A stretch of DNA of 64,000 nucleotides, taken from Dehalococcoidia bacterium. GTDB lineage: Bacteria; Chloroflexota; Dehalococcoidia; Lucifugimonadales; JAGWBF01. The notes below the pieces were generated by a model. It made no database searches. It saw only the letters and a program-made list of their open reading frames with translations, and was not told the DNA's origin. The stretch covers positions 145,956 to 209,955 of the forward strand of contig CBDFGE010000001.1 of assembly GCA_965247055.1 (NCBI GenBank), written 5' to 3'. Shown in pieces: positions 46,662 to 55,749 of the stretch (position 1 is its first letter; every line of letters starts with the position of its first letter). Both the position numbers and the translations under genes were made by a program.

Positions 46662-47108
46662 GTGGGCATGGTAGTTCTGGTTGAACGTCTAGAGGTGGCT
46701 GCTGAGCAGGTACGGGAGGTCCGCAAGTCGGTACAAATTGAAGGGCAACGCTATCGTCTGGACATAGCGCTGCAGGCCATTCAGAGCACGATAAGCTTAC
46801 TGAAATCTCCAGACTTTCGGACCGATGGAGACGCAGAGCCTGCAGAAAAAAACCATGTCTGGTCCCCCATCCCCGTAATTTGGAGCCGTCCTAGAAAGGG
46901 TCAGCGATTCGAAGGCCACTTGCTTGAGAGTGGGAAAATTCGCCTGCTAGATGGGCGCGGCCCTTTTACGCCATCTGGCGCCTGTCAGGCCCTCGTGAAA
47001 GGCTTCTTTAACGGCTGGCGCGAGTGGAAGTATTGGGACGAAGGGCAGGCAGGTGGAGGACAGTGGCTGCCAATCGGCGAACTTCGTGCAGCAGGTTGCT
47101 TCGAGTAG
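46662..47108 (+). CDS. hypothetical protein with a DUF4357-like C-terminal motif
   Basis: FTPSGACQALVKGFFNGWREWKY resembles the SPS.AA..V.G...NGW..WK motif seen at C-termini of restriction/GIY-YIG-associated proteins. Locally lower GC. Confidence 0.45.
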   Translation: MGMVVLVERLEVAAEQVREVRKSVQIEGQRYRLDIALQAIQSTISLLKSPDFRTDGDAEPAEKNHVWSPIPVIWSRPRKGQRFEGHLLESGKIRLLDGRGPFTPSGACQALVKGFFNGWREWKYWDEGQAGGGQWLPIGELRAAGCFE

Positions 47109-47189
47109 CGCGACCGTGGCCCCAAGGTCCCCGAGGCTCGACGTGGCGTGGAGACTCGGGCTGGAACATCCCAAGGTGCGCCGTGCGCC

Positions 47190-47507
47190 CTACGCGGGAG
47201 GACCCACCAGGATGTCCTCGCCCTCTATCGTGACGGGGTACACGGTGAGGTCTTCGGCGCAGGGGGGAGACAGCACCTGGCCTGTCCTGACGTTGAAGGA
47301 GCTGGCGTGGAGAGGGCACATCAGCTCATCGCCGTCGAGTTGGCCCCTGGACAGGAGGGCGTAGGCGTGGGGGCACAGCTCGTCGACGGCGTAGTACTCG
47401 CCGTCGACGTTTGCCAGCAGAATGCGCTCTGGACCCAACCGCACCAGCTTCTTCTCACCGGGCGCCAGGTCGCCGACGCTCGCCGCCTTGACGTACTCCT
47501 CGGGCAT
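47190..47507 (-). CDS. Rieske [2Fe-2S] ferredoxin-type protein
   Basis: The CPH...CPLH ligand pairs are present (CPHAYALLSRG...CPLHASSF). 105 aa. Confidence 0.85.
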   Translation of the reverse strand: MPEEYVKAASVGDLAPGEKKLVRLGPERILLANVDGEYYAVDELCPHAYALLSRGQLDGDELMCPLHASSFNVRTGQVLSPPCAEDLTVYPVTIEGEDILVGPPA

Positions 47508-47667
47508 CCCTCGCCTCCGTCTGCTGTGCGGGGGGCTAGCCCAGCTTCCCGCCGTACATTATCGCAGTAGTGGCCCCCACATTATAGGCAATTCGCCCCG
47601 CTTTTGTAAGGGCGGACGCTGAAGCGTCCCATCGAGAATGGGTTCCTGCCGGTGGGGTGGCGGACTC

Positions 47668-48006
47668 CTAAACGTCGAGGCTGACCAGCACCGCCGCATT
47701 GGCGATGATGGCGGCGTCGGAGCCGTCTTCGTTGGGGACCTCGAGTCCTCCCTTGACCACCCGGATGTGCTTGTGCCCGCGGGGCAGCATCTTCAGCACC
47801 TCTTCCACGTTGACTGCCTCGGGCTCAGGCACACCGATTGTTACGTCCACCCGCATGGAGTCGGCACCCGAACCGAAGGAGCGGACAAAGAAAAGGTTGG
47901 TGCTGGAGATGGCGTTGGATACCGCCCGCTGAGCCGCTGTAGTATAGTCCTTCCCGTGGAGGTCTACGCCCATACCCGTCTCCAGAAGGCACCGTTTGAG
48001 CGCCAT
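47668..48006 (-). CDS. Lin0512-family conserved hypothetical protein
   Basis: 112 aa. From memory, LETGMGVDLHGKDYTTAAQRAVSNAI resembles the Lin0512_fam N-terminus. Confidence 0.55.
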   Translation of the reverse strand: MALKRCLLETGMGVDLHGKDYTTAAQRAVSNAISSTNLFFVRSFGSGADSMRVDVTIGVPEPEAVNVEEVLKMLPRGHKHIRVVKGGLEVPNEDGSDAAIIANAAVLVSLDV

Positions 48007-48091
48007 AAGTTCTCTCCTTCATCGCCGCCGGCTGTAGTCGCTCCATTACACTACCCTGGGACGGGCACCGTCAAGCCTGACGCCGGCGGGA

Positions 48092-48120
48092 TTGCGGGCG
48101 CCATGGCCAGGGGCTAGAAT
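48092..48120 (+). promoter_or_regulatory. putative sigma70-type promoter for pfk (TTGCGG-17-TAGAAT)
   Basis: -35 at 48092..48097 and -10 at 48115..48120. The start codon TTG at 48150 would leave a very short leader. Confidence 0.3.
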
Positions 48121-48149
48121 AGGGTAAGTTTTGGCCGGGAGCGTCCCGA

Positions 48150-49349
48150 TTGAGCACCGGAGCCAGAAAGAACGTTCTCATTGTCCAGTCGGGGGGCTGT
48201 ACGGCGGTCATGAACCGGAGCCTCGCGGGAGTGGTGCAGGCGACCTTTGAGCACAGCGTGTTCGGGGAGGTCTACGGGGCCTCTCATGGCCTGGCCGGTG
48301 TCCTGGAAGCCTCCTTCCTGGACCTGCGCCGCCCACGCCGCACCACGTGGCGGAGAGTGGCCAACACCCCTGGGGCGGCCCTGGGCTCCGGACGCCGCAG
48401 TCTCGCGCCGCAGGACGTTCCCGCGGCGGTGAGCGTTCTGCGCAAGCACGGGATAGGCTATCTGTTCACCATCGGCGGCAACGACTCGGCGGAGACGGCC
48501 CACGCCATCGCCGTGCAGAGCGTGGCGGAGGGCGATGGCGTGGTGGTCGTGCACGTGCCCAAGACCATAGACAACGACCTGATGTGCACGGACCACACCC
48601 CCGGATATGGGAGCGCCGCCCGTTTCGTCAGCCTGGCCACGATGGGAGCGGGAAGGGACGCCGAGTCCATGGGCGAGGCTTCCCCCGTCACCGTTCTGGA
48701 GGTCATGGGCCGGGATTCGGGCTGGCTGGCGGCAGCCGCCGCCCTGGGAAAGAGGGCCGAGATGGACGCGCCCCACTACATCTGCGTCCCCGAGGCGCCT
48801 CTGGACGAAGCCCGGTTCCTCGACTGCATGGAGGATGCCTGGAGGCGCTGGGGATTCGCCGTCGCCGTCACGGCGGAGAACGTGCGAGGCCCGGCGGGTC
48901 CGCTGGGAGGCCAGCAGAAGCCCTTCCTGGTCGATGACTTCGGCCACGAGTATTTCGAGGGGGCAGGCCGGTACCTGGCCCAGCTCGTGGGGCGGGAACT
49001 CAAGGTACGGGTCAGATACGAGAGGCCCGGAACTATCCAGCGGTCCCTGATGGCCTGTGTGTCTCGGACCGACGCCGAGGAGGCCTCTCTGGTGGGCAGG
49101 GCGGCCGTGGGTTATGCTGTCGAAGGGCGTAGCGACGAAATGGTCACCTTACTGCGCAAAGACGGCCCGGCCTACGAGTGTACTGTGGGGGTGGCGCCCC
49201 TGGAAGCCGTCGCAGGGGTACACAGGCCCCTACCCGAAGGCTACGTCGATGCCGCGGCCGGCGTTGTTACCGGGGCCTTCCTCGAATACTCCCGGCCACT
49301 GTTGGGAGCCCCCCTGCCCAGGTACGCCCGGCTCGAAGCCGGTTTGTAG
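48150..49349 (+). CDS. pfk: 6-phosphofructokinase family enzyme (ATP- or PPi-dependent)
   Basis: IVQSGGCTAVMN, LFTIGGNDS and VPKTIDNDL..TDHTPGYGSAA motifs. Confidence 0.88.
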   Translation: MSTGARKNVLIVQSGGCTAVMNRSLAGVVQATFEHSVFGEVYGASHGLAGVLEASFLDLRRPRRTTWRRVANTPGAALGSGRRSLAPQDVPAAVSVLRKHGIGYLFTIGGNDSAETAHAIAVQSVAEGDGVVVVHVPKTIDNDLMCTDHTPGYGSAARFVSLATMGAGRDAESMGEASPVTVLEVMGRDSGWLAAAAALGKRAEMDAPHYICVPEAPLDEARFLDCMEDAWRRWGFAVAVTAENVRGPAGPLGGQQKPFLVDDFGHEYFEGAGRYLAQLVGRELKVRVRYERPGTIQRSLMACVSRTDAEEASLVGRAAVGYAVEGRSDEMVTLLRKDGPAYECTVGVAPLEAVAGVHRPLPEGYVDAAAGVVTGAFLEYSRPLLGAPLPRYARLEAGL

Positions 49350-49381
49350 TCCGCCAGATAACTAGCGGGAGAGAGGAGACC

Positions 49382-50098
49382 ATGCGCCAAACGCCCAAGA
49401 GGGTCCTCGTGGTGACCCCGCATCCGGACGACGCAGAAGGCGGCTGCGGAGGCACGGTCGCCAGGTGGATCGGCGAGGGGGCGGAAGTCGTCTATGTCTT
49501 ATGTACCAATGGGGACAAAGGTACCACCGACCGCGAGATCGCCCCGGAGAGGCTGGCGGCCGTCCGGGAAGGAGAGCAGCGGGAGGCGGCCCGGGTCCTG
49601 GGCGTGAAAGGTGTGGTGTTCCTCCGTCATCCCGACGGGGGACTGGAGGACTGCCGCCAGCTGCGCGGCCAGATAGTCCGAGAGATACGCCACCACCGCC
49701 CCGAGGTGGTGATGTGTAATGATCCCGACAGGAGCCGGAGCCACTCCCACCGGGACCACCGTGTCTGCGGGCAGGTCACTATCGACGCCGTCTGCACCTA
49801 CTCGTGGCGCCGGCTCTATTTTCCCGAGCATTTCGTCGATGAAGGCCTGCAACCTCACGTGGTAAAGGAGATCTACCTCTGGGGAACCGACGCGCCGGAC
49901 ACCTTCGTCGATATAAGCGCGACCCTGGAGCAAAAGGTGCTAACGCTGAGCAAGCACGCGAGCCAGTTCCCCGACCCCGACAGGCCGGCAAAGAGCGTGC
50001 GGGACCACGCCAGGCAGGTCGGCGAACAGGCGGGTCTGGGCTCCGCAGAGGCCTTCCGGGTGGTCCCCTTCGCACCGGACCCGCTCCTCGTGGGCTGA
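49382..50098 (+). CDS. PIG-L / LmbE family deacetylase (second copy)
   Basis: VLVVTPHPDDAEGGCGGTV, TNGDKGT and HRDHRVCG motifs. The start is set at ATG 49382, behind gagaggag. Confidence 0.85.
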   Translation: MRQTPKRVLVVTPHPDDAEGGCGGTVARWIGEGAEVVYVLCTNGDKGTTDREIAPERLAAVREGEQREAARVLGVKGVVFLRHPDGGLEDCRQLRGQIVREIRHHRPEVVMCNDPDRSRSHSHRDHRVCGQVTIDAVCTYSWRRLYFPEHFVDEGLQPHVVKEIYLWGTDAPDTFVDISATLEQKVLTLSKHASQFPDPDRPAKSVRDHARQVGEQAGLGSAEAFRVVPFAPDPLLVG

Positions 50099-50149
50099 GG
50101 CCGCAGGCCGGCTCTGGCGGGCGGTCCGGCGCGTACACGAAGCAACAAA

Positions 50150-51274
50150 TTGCAGGAGGGCGTGTTGAAGAGCATTGAGCTGGACTACACCAAACGATGC
50201 GGAGACGAACCTACCAAGGGACACAACCGGTGGCACCCAGACATACCCCCCGCCGTCGAGGTGGAACCCGGGGAAGAGGTGGTCTTGCAGACCCGCAACG
50301 CCTTCGACGGCGGAATCACCCCCCAGAGCAAGGCCGGCGACCTGCGCAACGTGAACCTCAACCTGGTCCACCCTCTCACGGGTCCGGTCTACGTCCGGGG
50401 CGCCCAGCCCGGCGACCTGCTGGAGGTGAACACACTCAATATAGAGCCCGCCCGCTGGGGGTTCACTTGCATCATCCCCGGCTTCGGGTTCCTTCGGGAC
50501 CTGTTCCTGGACCCCTTCATTGTCCATTGGGACATCGGCGACGGCTACGCCCAGTCTGCACAGCTTCCCGGCGTGCGGATACCAGGGGCACCCTTCATGG
50601 GCACCATCGGGATCGCTCCCTCCCGCCAGCTTCGCCAGCAGATACTCCTTCGGGAGGAGGAGCTGCGGCGGCGTGGAGGCTTCGTACTGGGCCCGGAGCC
50701 GCGGGATGCCGCGCCCGCCACCGAGCCCCTCGCCTCCGAGGGGTTGCGCACGATCCCGCCCCGCGAGCACGGGGGCAACATGGATATCAAGCAGCTCACG
50801 GCGGGGACACGGCTGCTCCTGCCCGTTTACACCGAGGGGGCCTTTTTCTCCGCGGGAGACGCCCACTTCGCCCAGGGGGACTCCGAGTGCTGTGGCACCG
50901 CCGTCGAGATGGACTGCACGCTGCACGTCAGCTTCCAGGTACGCAAAGGGGAAGCTACGCGGCGCAACCTACGCTTCCCCATTTTCGAGCGCGACGACTA
51001 TTTCACCAGCCCGGAGATGGCGGCGCCCAAGAGATTTGTCGCGACCACGGGGATGTGCATAGCCGAGGACGGCACCAACGAGTCCGAGAACGCGACCCTG
51101 GCGGCGCGGCACGCTCTGCTGAACATGATCCAGCTCCTCATGGAGCGAGGATGGTCCCGCGAGCAGGCCTACTGTATCTGTAGCGTGGCCGTAGACCTGA
51201 AGATAAGCGAGATGGTGGACGTCCCGAACTTCGTCGTTTCGGCGTTTTTGCCCCTGGACATATTCCAGGGCTAG
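50150..51274 (+). CDS. acetamidase/formamidase family amidohydrolase
   Basis: GHNRWHPDIPP, NLVHPLTGPVYV, HGGNMDIK and GDAHFAQGDSECCGTA motifs. The true start is probably GTG 50162 or TTG 50165, after aggagg. Confidence 0.88.
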   Translation: MQEGVLKSIELDYTKRCGDEPTKGHNRWHPDIPPAVEVEPGEEVVLQTRNAFDGGITPQSKAGDLRNVNLNLVHPLTGPVYVRGAQPGDLLEVNTLNIEPARWGFTCIIPGFGFLRDLFLDPFIVHWDIGDGYAQSAQLPGVRIPGAPFMGTIGIAPSRQLRQQILLREEELRRRGGFVLGPEPRDAAPATEPLASEGLRTIPPREHGGNMDIKQLTAGTRLLLPVYTEGAFFSAGDAHFAQGDSECCGTAVEMDCTLHVSFQVRKGEATRRNLRFPIFERDDYFTSPEMAAPKRFVATTGMCIAEDGTNESENATLAARHALLNMIQLLMERGWSREQAYCICSVAVDLKISEMVDVPNFVVSAFLPLDIFQG

Positions 51275-51306
51275 GCCGCCACCCACGTTCATGCCCGCAG
51301 GCTGTC

Positions 51307-52176
51307 CTACGCTCCGTCCACCGCCTCTTTGAATCGGCGGATGGCGTCGATGTGGGCCTGAGGGGAGCCCAGTCCCGCGTTCATGGTGTTCACCGCGATA
51401 TGGGTCGCACCCAGGGCCTCCCAGGACTTCGCCTGCCCCACCCAGAACTCCGGCCCGCCACCGGAAAAACCGATCCCCCCCTCTACGCCGATGGTCGAGG
51501 GGTCCCGCCCGGCCTCCCGCGCGTAGGAACGCATCCGGTCCAGCTGCCTCACCCCGTCCTCGTCGGGCGGGAAGTTCGGCACCCAGCCATCGGCGATCCT
51601 ACCCACGCGACGGATCACGGGCTCGGCACCGCCACCCAGCCATATGGGTATGGGCCGCTGCACCGGCAGGGGATTCAGGCCCGCGTGGGTAACCCGATGC
51701 CACCGTCCCTTGAAGTCCACCAGCTCCTGGGTCCACAGCGTCCTCAGAAGGGCCACCTGCTCCTCGCTCCTGCGGCCCCGGTCATGGAAGTTCTCTCCCA
51801 GGCCCTCGTACTCCACGGGATTCCAGCCTGTACCGATACCCAAACGCAGTCGGCCTCCGGAAAGCACGTCCACCTCCGCCGCCTGCTTGGCCACCAGTAC
51901 GGTCTGTCGCTGCCCCACGATGAGCACCTTCGTCGCCAGCTCCAGACGCGTCGTAACGGCAGCCAGGTATCCGAACAGGACAAAGGGCTCGTGGAACATG
52001 TGCTGGGACCTGTAGGGGCCGGTCAGCCCCCCGTGGACCCGGGCGTCGGCGCCCAGAACGTGGTCGAACACGGCCAGGTGGGAGTATCCCAGCTCCTCGG
52101 CCGCCTGGGCGTACTCCCGCACCGCCCCGGGGTCCTCGCCGATTTCGGTCTGAGGAAAGATCACGCCAACTCGCAC
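51307..52176 (-). CDS. LLM-class F420-dependent oxidoreductase (Rv2161c-like subgroup)
   Basis: MRVGVIFPQTEIG.DPGAVREYAQAAEELGYSHLAVFDHVLGAD and GRLRLGIGTGWN are typical of this subgroup. Confidence 0.82.
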   Translation of the reverse strand: MRVGVIFPQTEIGEDPGAVREYAQAAEELGYSHLAVFDHVLGADARVHGGLTGPYRSQHMFHEPFVLFGYLAAVTTRLELATKVLIVGQRQTVLVAKQAAEVDVLSGGRLRLGIGTGWNPVEYEGLGENFHDRGRRSEEQVALLRTLWTQELVDFKGRWHRVTHAGLNPLPVQRPIPIWLGGGAEPVIRRVGRIADGWVPNFPPDEDGVRQLDRMRSYAREAGRDPSTIGVEGGIGFSGGGPEFWVGQAKSWEALGATHIAVNTMNAGLGSPQAHIDAIRRFKEAVDGA

Positions 52177-52262
52177 TGCTTCGCTCCTTTCTTCGCGTTG
52201 ATCGCGTTGCCCAATGTCCGTGGGTCCGACGCCCCCCGGCTCTGGGGACGCCGTCTCGACTC

Positions 52263-52748
52263 CTAGAGTGGGGTCGCCGCCGCGGCAAGGTCGGGGTACC
52301 CCTCCAGGGACAGTACCTCCCCCTTCGCTTCGTAGTGTTGGATGAGCTCCCTGAGGTCCGCCGGCACGGGCCGGGTGGTCCCCGTGGCCGGATCGTATCC
52401 TACACAGACGGCCTGGCCTGTGGTCAGCCGCTTATCCGTGCCCTGAAGATATATCTCCATGTCCAGGGTGACACTGGTGTTCCCGATACGGGACACCCTC
52501 ACGTATATGTCCAGGATGTCGTCAACACGGGCCGGGGCGCTGTACTCGAGGGTGGCCTTCACCATGGCGGTATCGAAGTAGCCGCGCTGGGCTACCTTGT
52601 AGATGCTGAACCCCAGGTTACGGAAATAGTCGGCATGGGCCACCTCCTGGTAGTCCATGTAGGTCCCGGCGTAGACGATGCCCTGGGCGTCGCACTCCAT
52701 CCAGCGCACGCGGAGGTCGGTGTGGAACCTGAAGTCTCCTTTTACCAT
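52263..52748 (-). CDS. acyl-CoA thioesterase, 4HBT/YbgC-like hot-dog fold
   Basis: VRWMECDAQGIVYAGTYMDY carries the catalytic Asp region. The start is set at ATG 52748, behind GGGAGGGG. Confidence 0.8.
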   Translation of the reverse strand: MVKGDFRFHTDLRVRWMECDAQGIVYAGTYMDYQEVAHADYFRNLGFSIYKVAQRGYFDTAMVKATLEYSAPARVDDILDIYVRVSRIGNTSVTLDMEIYLQGTDKRLTTGQAVCVGYDPATGTTRPVPADLRELIQHYEAKGEVLSLEGYPDLAAAATPL

Positions 52749-52836
52749 AGGCCCCTCCCAGAGTTTGGCAACCGCCACGGGCTCGGTTGACTCTCGTGTA
52801 CGTCCAGGATATACTTCTCGCCGGGGTGAAACAAGC

Positions 52837-53241
52837 ATGCCGGACGTGAAAATAGTCCATCCTCATGAACTGGAGCAGGACGCCGTCTCCGGCGCCATGA
52901 TCCGGCTTGGCGGCGTCTCGGCGAAGCTCACGGGGGCCGAGGGGATCCACATGGGTATCTCCACCATACCTCCGGGGTGTACCTCCAGCCCCCATCACCA
53001 TACCAACTGTGAGAGCGCGATCTACGTGGTGAGCGGCCACGGGCGGATGCTCACCGGGGACCGGCTGGAGCACTCCCAGGAGTTCGGTCCGGGGGACTTC
53101 ATCTACGTCCCGCCCCAGGCCGCGCACCAGCCCGTCAACGGCAGCGACACCGAGCCGGTCATCATGGTCATCGCCAGAAACAGCCCGGTGGAGATAGTGG
53201 AAGAGCACCGCGGACCCGCTGGAAGCCACCCCCACGGGTGA
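52837..53241 (+). CDS. cupin-domain protein
   Basis: GISTIPPGCTSSPHHHTNCESAIYVVSG...GDFIYVPP gives the two cupin motifs. The start is set at ATG 52837. Confidence 0.8.
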   Translation: MPDVKIVHPHELEQDAVSGAMIRLGGVSAKLTGAEGIHMGISTIPPGCTSSPHHHTNCESAIYVVSGHGRMLTGDRLEHSQEFGPGDFIYVPPQAAHQPVNGSDTEPVIMVIARNSPVEIVEEHRGPAGSHPHG

Positions 53242-53374
53242 CCCCAAGCCCCTGGCGGGGCGTCCCCGGGGCCAGACGTCGCCTTCTATTCCTCCGCTGG
53301 CGAGCACCGGCGGGGTTGCCCGCACCCGGGGCTGCTGATATAATCCAACTAGCTTCAGCCATGACTTCAGCGAT

Positions 53375-53451
53375 GGGCCCGTAGCTCAGATGGTTAGAGC
53401 GCGGTCCTGATAAGACCGAGGCCGATAGTTCGAGTCTATCCGGGCCCACCA
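53375..53451 (+). tRNA. tRNA-Ile (anticodon GAU), CCA encoded
   Basis: The cloverleaf was folded by hand. Acceptor GGGCCCG/CGGGCCC, D stem GCTC/GAGC, anticodon stem CGGTC/GACCG with loop CTGATAA, T stem GATAG/CTATC with loop TTCGAGT. Confidence 0.93.
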
Positions 53452-53562
53452 AACTGGACAAAATCAAGAACCTTTGTAATTAGGTTTAAGTTAGTCCTGT
53501 AGGTTGTTCGGATCTGGCTGAAGCAGACTAGAGGGATTGAATTCGGCGTCGAATGTGGCAGA

Positions 53563-55203
53563 ATGGGCAGGAGAGGGCACACATTGGATCAGGTAATCAG
53601 CATAATGTGGGTACAGAGAGCTTTACACATTCCAGTGATCCTAACGCTGGTGTTCGCCGTGATGGCCTGCAGTCCCGAAGAGCCTGAATTGGTGGCCACA
53701 GCGGCTCCAACCGATACTCCGACTACCATGCCCGTTCCAACAGTAGCCCCCGAACCTACTGCTACTGTACGAGTGCCAACCCCTGAACCCACAGCAACAC
53801 CTCAACGCCAAGCATTTGATGTCGGCGATACCGTGCGCCTTGGCAGCCTCCACATCACTGTGAACGGCGTTCGAGCCTCTCTCGGAGATAACTTCTGGGC
53901 GCCGGAGGAGGGAAACTACTTCATTTATGTAGATGTCACGTTTAGGAATGAAGGCAATCAACCTGAAGTGGTCAGTACCTTAATTCAAATGGAGATGCGT
54001 GATGCCGAAGGACGGTTGTACAATACCGATTTGTTCGCCACTGCCAGTAACAGTTCGTCGCTGGACGGCGAGATTGCTCCCGGAGGCAATCTTCGTGGGG
54101 AGGTAGGTTACCAACTACCGGCAAGTGAAGTCGAGCTAACCTGGCGGTTCTCCGGCGATTTATTCCGGCTGGGACAGGCCGTCTTCTCCTTAGGTACCGT
54201 AGCCGTCCCCGTGCCACCACAAGGGTCCACCCTGGACGACCCTCTCCCAGCAGGTGAAGTTCTGCTAGGCTCTGATGGTACAGAGGTACGTGTTGTGGGG
54301 ATAGCCGAGGATGCCTGGCGGCAGATAGCTGAGGAGAACAGCTTCAACGATCCACCGGGACAGGGGATGCGCTTCTACATAGTCCGCCTAGAGATTGCTA
54401 ATCCGTCGGGCGCGTCCGGTTCCGTCAAGGTGTCAGGGTCCGACTTCAGCCTCATCGGCGACAACCGCGTTGTCTACGGCGGACTCCTGAATAGCATCAG
54501 TTGTGGCCTTATCCCAGACGCACTTGGGGGCAAATACGGAGCAGGGTCCGAGATCTTTGCCGGAGGTCGGGTAGAAGGTAACATCTGCTTAGAGATTCCC
54601 GAGGACGAGGGCGGCTTCATCCTAATACATGAACCCGGATATGGAGCAGATTCGCGCCGTTTCCTCAGACTCCCCTACGGTGAAGCCAAAGAGCCGACAC
54701 CGACCCCGGAAGCGACAGCCGCCCCTACGACAACACCAACGCCGACGGCCATCCCAAAACCCGAATCCACGCCTACGCCGGCTTCGACGGCTACCCCAAC
54801 GCCCGAACCCACGCCCGTGGCCATCGGGACGACGGTAGAAGCGGGAGGAAGCTCGTACACTCTGAACGAGGTAAAGGACCCTGCTCCCGCAGGCATATTC
54901 GGTGTTAATGAAGGCAAGAGACTGATAGCCCTGGACATCACGCAGGTGGGAATCAGCGGCGGCGGTGATTCCTACAATCCATTCTACTTTGCAATCCAAG
55001 ACACGGATGGATACGTGTACACGCCAGGTTTTTCGGACGCCGATGTGGGACCGCCGTTCGGCTCGGGCAAGCTTTCGGCCGACCAGATAGTACGGGGATG
55101 GGTGGTCTTTGAGTTGCCCGAATCAGCGAGGTTGGTGTCGGTCTTGGTTAACCCTGAAGTGTTCGGTGCGAGGATAACCATCGCTGATCTGGCACAAGAA
55201 TAG
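53563..55203 (+). CDS. secreted/lipoprotein-like protein with repeated DUF4352-like domains and Thr/Pro-rich linkers
   Basis: N-terminal hydrophobic segment with Cys (VFAVMACS). TPTP linkers. DUF4352-like beta-sandwich motifs (ITVNGV...YVDVTFRNEG; GWVVFELPE). Confidence 0.68.
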   Translation: MGRRGHTLDQVISIMWVQRALHIPVILTLVFAVMACSPEEPELVATAAPTDTPTTMPVPTVAPEPTATVRVPTPEPTATPQRQAFDVGDTVRLGSLHITVNGVRASLGDNFWAPEEGNYFIYVDVTFRNEGNQPEVVSTLIQMEMRDAEGRLYNTDLFATASNSSSLDGEIAPGGNLRGEVGYQLPASEVELTWRFSGDLFRLGQAVFSLGTVAVPVPPQGSTLDDPLPAGEVLLGSDGTEVRVVGIAEDAWRQIAEENSFNDPPGQGMRFYIVRLEIANPSGASGSVKVSGSDFSLIGDNRVVYGGLLNSISCGLIPDALGGKYGAGSEIFAGGRVEGNICLEIPEDEGGFILIHEPGYGADSRRFLRLPYGEAKEPTPTPEATAAPTTTPTPTAIPKPESTPTPASTATPTPEPTPVAIGTTVEAGGSSYTLNEVKDPAPAGIFGVNEGKRLIALDITQVGISGGGDSYNPFYFAIQDTDGYVYTPGFSDADVGPPFGSGKLSADQIVRGWVVFELPESARLVSVLVNPEVFGARITIADLAQE

Positions 55204-55214
55204 AGGATGCAAAT

Positions 55215-55550
55215 GTGAGAGTTGCTGCGCTGATTATAGGGATAATCGGGTCTGCTGCGGGATTTGTAGCTGCCGTGATTGCCCTGTTCATTGGGGGAGT
55301 GGGAGTAGCTCTCGAAGCTGAGGAAGCAAGCAAGATAACCAGCTTGGCTTTCGGAGCCATAGGTGCCTCAATCGTCGGGCTGGTTGGCGGAGCCTTGTCT
55401 ATCGCTAAACCACGATTCGCTGCGGTCTTGATGGTCCTGTCAGCGGTCGTTGGGGTCATTAGCATATCCGCCTTCTATGCACTGGGAGCGGCGCTGCTAG
55501 TTATTGGAGCCTTATTGGCATTCCTAGGACGAAGCCGACCTGGGCAGTAG
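55215..55550 (+). CDS. small integral membrane protein (DUF4064-like, 3-4 TM helices)
   Basis: 111 aa, almost entirely Gly/Ala/Ile/Val-rich helices. GTG start behind gagga. Confidence 0.5.
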   Translation: MRVAALIIGIIGSAAGFVAAVIALFIGGVGVALEAEEASKITSLAFGAIGASIVGLVGGALSIAKPRFAAVLMVLSAVVGVISISAFYALGAALLVIGALLAFLGRSRPGQ

Positions 55551-55749
55551 GAGCTCTCCTCGACCCACAGGCCCCGGGAGACGTCCGCGCAGAACTCCAG
55601 GCCGTCGGGCGACAGTTGGGTCTGCCGTATGGGCTCGCCGCCTCCGGTGGAGAGCCAGGCCATGCTGGACATGCCGGCACCACCGCTGTTTACGCCCGAG
55701 TGGCATAGGGGCTCTGGACCGTCTATGCGTCAGAGGGGTACCTCTATGG

